From contig CM060733.1 in assembly GCA_030704615.1 (NCBI GenBank), positions 28,396,001-28,460,000 of the forward strand: a stretch of 64,000 nt of DNA. Direction: 5' to 3'. Source of the DNA: Takakia lepidozioides. Lineage: Eukaryota; Plantae; Bryophyta. The notes beneath the pieces were generated by a model. That model worked only from the letters and a program-made list of their open reading frames with translations, searched no databases and had not been told where the DNA came from. A program made the translations under genes and the position numbers. Positions 59,866-64,000 of this stretch are shown one piece after another; positions within the stretch are counted from its first letter, which is position 1, and each line of letters starts with the position of its first letter.

Positions 59866-61317
59866 GACGCTATGCGCGAAGGCGGCGCCTTGTCTCTTTA
59901 GCAGCGGGAAACACTGCTGTGAATGTAGTGGCATCTTCCCTTCTCTCGCTTTTAATTTTAGCAATGACATTTGTGCTGGGAAGTCTCTCTCCCTACCTTC
60001 TATTACCTTGCGAGTTTGCCTGTCTTGCTTTATTGCTCATGTGCTTTGTGGAGGCGACTTGCTGCGGGTGGTGATGGCACATAACCCTCTTCCCCAATCG
60101 CGTAAGGTGCCTTTGGAGTTTAGGGATCCTTGTGTTCTTATCTTCTTCTGTGAGGGTCTGTGATTCACCTGGGGTTCCACAATCCTCACTAATCTGTTGA
60201 TTTTGTGGGGGCTTGTGATGAGACCAGGTGAGGATCCTCACTTGCTTTGAAATTTCTTGATGGGGTTTTCTTTTTCTTTTTCTTTTTCTTTTATTGTTCT
60301 TTCTTGTTTTCTTCTTTCTTCTTTGTTGTTTGTTGTTTTGAAAGCTGAAGTAGAGGATTGGCGTAGATTGTACCAAATCCCATGTGCAGGGGGATGAGGA
60401 TCTGTAACTATAGTAGCTTTCGCATATTAAACTTCAGCCTCAACTTCATGTTTGTTTTTTCATATTACTTACCTTGCTAGATTGACATGTAAACATCTGT
60501 GTGTTGTAGAATTGAATATGGTTGCATATCGAGTAGCTGAATATGATTGATGGAGTTTGCAGAGTCCAAAATGGTTGTATACCGGCCAGCTCATAATGCA
60601 TGCACTTATATGGATTTCTTTTTGACCTAACATGGTGTTTTACTCGTCCTACACAACGGTCTCTTCTCATGTTCCCTGCCCCTGCAGTTTTGGTCCCCTT
60701 TCTCTCATGAGTTGACTCCCTCCCTCAATCCCTCACTTGCAAAACCCCAAACATCCAATCCCTCCCGAGTTTCTGCTCCCCCACTGTCTAGTCCCCCCCA
60801 CCGCTCCCCCTGTCTTCGCTACCCACTTGTTACCTCCCTGACCACGAATCGCCACATCTAGTACTCTCTGCACATGTTTGCTCCCCTCTACTAACATCCT
60901 CCCACGTATCTGGTCCCCCTACTTTGATCCCCATGTTCTAACATTGCCTAGGGGTTCGCTCCCCCTTCACATCTCCCCGTGCCTACTCCCCTTTATGACC
61001 GCCCAAATCTCCCACGTGTCGACATCAGTGATCCCCATTCTCGTGCTGTCGCCACGTGTCCATTTGACTGATCCCCTGGCCCCCCACGTGCTCGTTCCTC
61101 TAGGTACACTGCACGTGCGGAATGTCTTCCTCGCAAAGCGACTCTTCGGTGGCGGCTCTTCGTTGTGGTTTTTCAGCTGCTCTACTCATATCCTCTTTGC
61201 TGTTTATGCATTGTGTTTTCCTTTGTTCGTTGCAATCCGTGTGCTCTTCCTTGTTTTCTCTGGCTTCTGTTCCTTGCTTTTTCTTTTGTGTATTTCGACG
61301 TCGTGTGCTCGTTGCCG

Positions 61318-61707
61318 ATGGCGAAGACTAGGCCTAAGGTTGTTCCGCCGGAGGATGGTATGCTGGTTTTTTGGCACAAGCCTAAGAAAGGGGATGAGGT
61401 TCCTTTCTGGTATACGCCAACTGAGTGGGATGAGATGATAGTGGAGGCAGAGGCGGACCTCAGAGTTCGTGATGGTGCGAAACAAAGGTATCCCTATAAG
61501 TGCAAGTTTTGTGGGCGGCCCATGAAGGATAAGGTGAGGTTGAATAGGCATATCGTTGATGGGGAGGGTTGTCCTTGGTTGAACATGGTGGATGGTTGGG
61601 ACGAGGCCGAGTTCCCGACAGGAGTCCACGAAACTGTGGAAAAGGTGGGCCCTACACGCACTTGTCGCAGCGCCATTGGCCCGATTAAAAAATTTAACTC
61701 AAAATGA
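61318..61707 (+). CDS. 129-aa protein of the same C2HC zinc-finger family
   Basis: VPFWYTPTEWDEMI...YKCKFCG...DKVRLNRHIVDGEGC aligns with VRFWYTEHEHATMI...FECPYCG...DKSGLNRHIVDGTAAC in the 12560(-) gene. Confidence 0.65.
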   Translation: MAKTRPKVVPPEDGMLVFWHKPKKGDEVPFWYTPTEWDEMIVEAEADLRVRDGAKQRYPYKCKFCGRPMKDKVRLNRHIVDGEGCPWLNMVDGWDEAEFPTGVHETVEKVGPTRTCRSAIGPIKKFNSK

Positions 61708-62249
61708 GTTCCCGCGCGTAGCAAGATGACGGGTTGAAAACCGCCGGCTGGCGGTTTCAGCCAATCGCGTCAAATAGGAGTGGCATGCGTGACTGGCGCC
61801 ACCGCTTGCCCTGGCCAGACGTATTCCCGCCTCCTCTGTTTGTTATTGCACCTGACTTCCCCACACTTTTGGGCAAAGATCTGTGCTATCTGTGAAGACA
61901 GAGATGTTGCTGATTGCATGTGAAATGATAGACCAGTTTTTTCAAATCCCTGATGCTCATGTGCAGTTGCAGTGATAAGATAAAGTAGCTTCAGTACTAT
62001 TGTAAGAGTGTACACTGCACGTCGAATGATCGTTGCTGGTTTATAATGTATTTAAGTTGGACATTATTGGGCATAGAGGAATATGTCTACAAATACCTCA
62101 ATGCGGAGTGGCCATTCTTCTGAGAAGACATTCATCTTGAATGCAGGTCAACAGTCTGGTGAGAAAGTAGCGATAAAACGACTAGTGAAGATAGAGCCAT
62201 GTATTAAGATACAGACTCAGTACGCTGCACCTGTGCATGCAACACCGCC

Positions 62250-63660
62250 TGACATTATTTTTGATGAAAAGAGTGTCGTGAGTTGTTTGCAAAGAAGTAT
62301 GGTCTGTGCAATGAAGGCATCCCTCCAAGAGGTTTGAAGGTAGATAGGGATTGTACAGAGGATGAAGTTTACAAGCTCTTTGGACCGTTAGTGAATAAAA
62401 ACGGGTACAACTATTTACACAATCCGGATGACGTAGAGCTTATAAGGAGGTTTGAGGAACTATACATGATAACCCACTAAAGGGGAGTTGTGCGAGCTTA
62501 TCGTCTTGCTAACAAAGCGATAGGAATTGTATGTGAGAGGAAAAATAGGAAAGTGAATTGGGCTGTGTTTGAGAGATTACAAACAAGGTGGCCTTGCGCA
62601 AAATACAGACCCAAGAGGCACTCGGAGCCAGAAAACGTAGCTTGTCTCTTGGTGAACATTGGAGGAAGGCGACATTGAACCTGCATAGCTTCCACCACTA
62701 TCAACCGTCCATGCAACAAAGGACAGAGCCACTACATTTCAGTTGAGACGAGACGTCCCTTCCAAAATGGAAGACTTCGTCAGAGGGAATGTCGAGGGCA
62801 CTGAGCAATGGCGAGATCTTCTATCTTCTTTGGACACAGAGCTAAAACTGTCCTGGGAGTCTCTTGAAAGGTTCAAAATGGCAAGAGAGAAGTCTCAAGA
62901 AGATTTGATCAGAGTCAACTCTAAAATGCATGTCAACTCTAAAATGCATGATCGTGAAGAGTTACTTTCGAATGCAAACTTGAAGCTCGACTTGCTACTT
63001 AAGGAGCATGAGGCTGAAACCCTGAAGACGAGCGCATTTCCTTGTACAGACATTGAGACAGAAGAACAAGTTTCACGTCGTAGTACGGTGGAAAACCTGC
63101 ATCGAAGGATTGAGTCCTAGACGGGTATAGTTGAACACTTAAGGAACTCATGGGGGAGCGGGAAACTGAGCATGTCAGCATCTTGGAGAGGGCCCAGTTA
63201 GATGAAGAAGCGTGGTGCACAGCTGATGCTCGCTACCAAGTTTGCCAGAGACAGAAAGCGGCCGTTGCTCATCAGCTTCATGCTATGGAGCGTGGCCACA
63301 ATCGGCCTTCATTCAAACCCTCCCCAGTGTCGAACTCATTGTTCAATCTCTTGACTTGAAAACTTCAGAATTTCTAACGATTTCGAGTTGTGTTTTCTGT
63401 GGTAAAGGGTTTCAGCCTGTATGGGACTGTATGGTGGTTTCGTGCACTTATGCGTACCACGCATGGTGTGCTGTAGCTCATTTCTCCTCATCAACGACCT
63501 GTTTACACAAAGATTGCGGGCAGGAGATGCATAATGATTGGTGGACGAGTGTTGGCATCAAAAAACCATCAACTCGAACCTGTGATGCAGTTCATGCTGC
63601 TGGCCATTCGGAATATGAAACTCCCAACAAACATGAGGAGCAGGGCCAAGCGTTCAAAGG
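62250..63660 (+). pseudogene. Degenerate coiled-coil + RING-like protein
   Basis: Successive frameshifted ORFs, an E/K/L-rich helical stretch (62743-63300) and CVFC...SCTYAYHAWC...CLHKDC, which has RING-H2-like spacing with one His replaced. Confidence 0.55.
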
Positions 63661-64000
63661 CAAGCCCAAAACCATCCTTATTCATTTCACTCCATTTTCT
63701 GCCTTTGTACTGAGCCCAGAATCTTCGCTCGTTTTCTCGAGATAAGTCCCATCGTCTTCCTTAACAATATGGGGTTCCAATGATGTAGTCTTTGGCTCCA
63801 AGGCTCTGCATCCATATGCACCCCATTTGTCCAATGTCATCCATAGAATCAATTGGAATTTCACCATAGTACTTGAGCTCCCCAACGTTACACATGTAGT
63901 GTTCAATGCATGACAGATGGAGTCCTTTGTCAACCCTTCACTTCATTTTGTTTCCTGAAATGCACATTTTCTCTCCATGTCTCTTCTATCAGTCTTCCCA

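Overview
Intron-rich, repeat-rich eukaryotic DNA, most consistent with a non-seed land plant such as a bryophyte or lycophyte (inferred from gene and TE content only). Three intact-looking host genes are present: a family-1 UDP-glycosyltransferase (+, 17.7-23.8 kb), a plastid 3-oxoacyl-ACP reductase (-, 25.5-29.6 kb) and a peroxisomal glycolate oxidase (-, 35.0-39.4 kb). There is also a frameshifted mTERF. The first ~16.8 kb is most of a large, decayed Mutator-like element whose left end lies outside the window. It has kb-long inverted arms built from a GGGTTAC(A)/GGTGACAC minisatellite, a SWIM-finger DDE transposase resembling the At1g60560/At4g13970 family, and a convergent multi-exon gene (C2HC zinc finger, unknown domain, GDT repeats, Ulp1/C48 protease). 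The same short motif fills the element's introns, spacers and one coding exon, and also a 33-bp-TIR MITE family. Two more members of this zinc-finger family lie at 55.2 kb (open 723-aa ORF) and 61.3 kb. The best candidate for a new system is a VANDAL/VANC-like pairing of TE-encoded protein and amplified motif; this is a hypothesis. Other elements: Helitron-like tandem arrays, a Crypton-like recombinase relic, a non-coding LTR element with a self-complementary PBS, a TTAA piggyBac-like MITE, L1 and RTEX-like LINE fragments, and a Copia fragment. All alignments were made by eye, and repeat boundaries are approximate.
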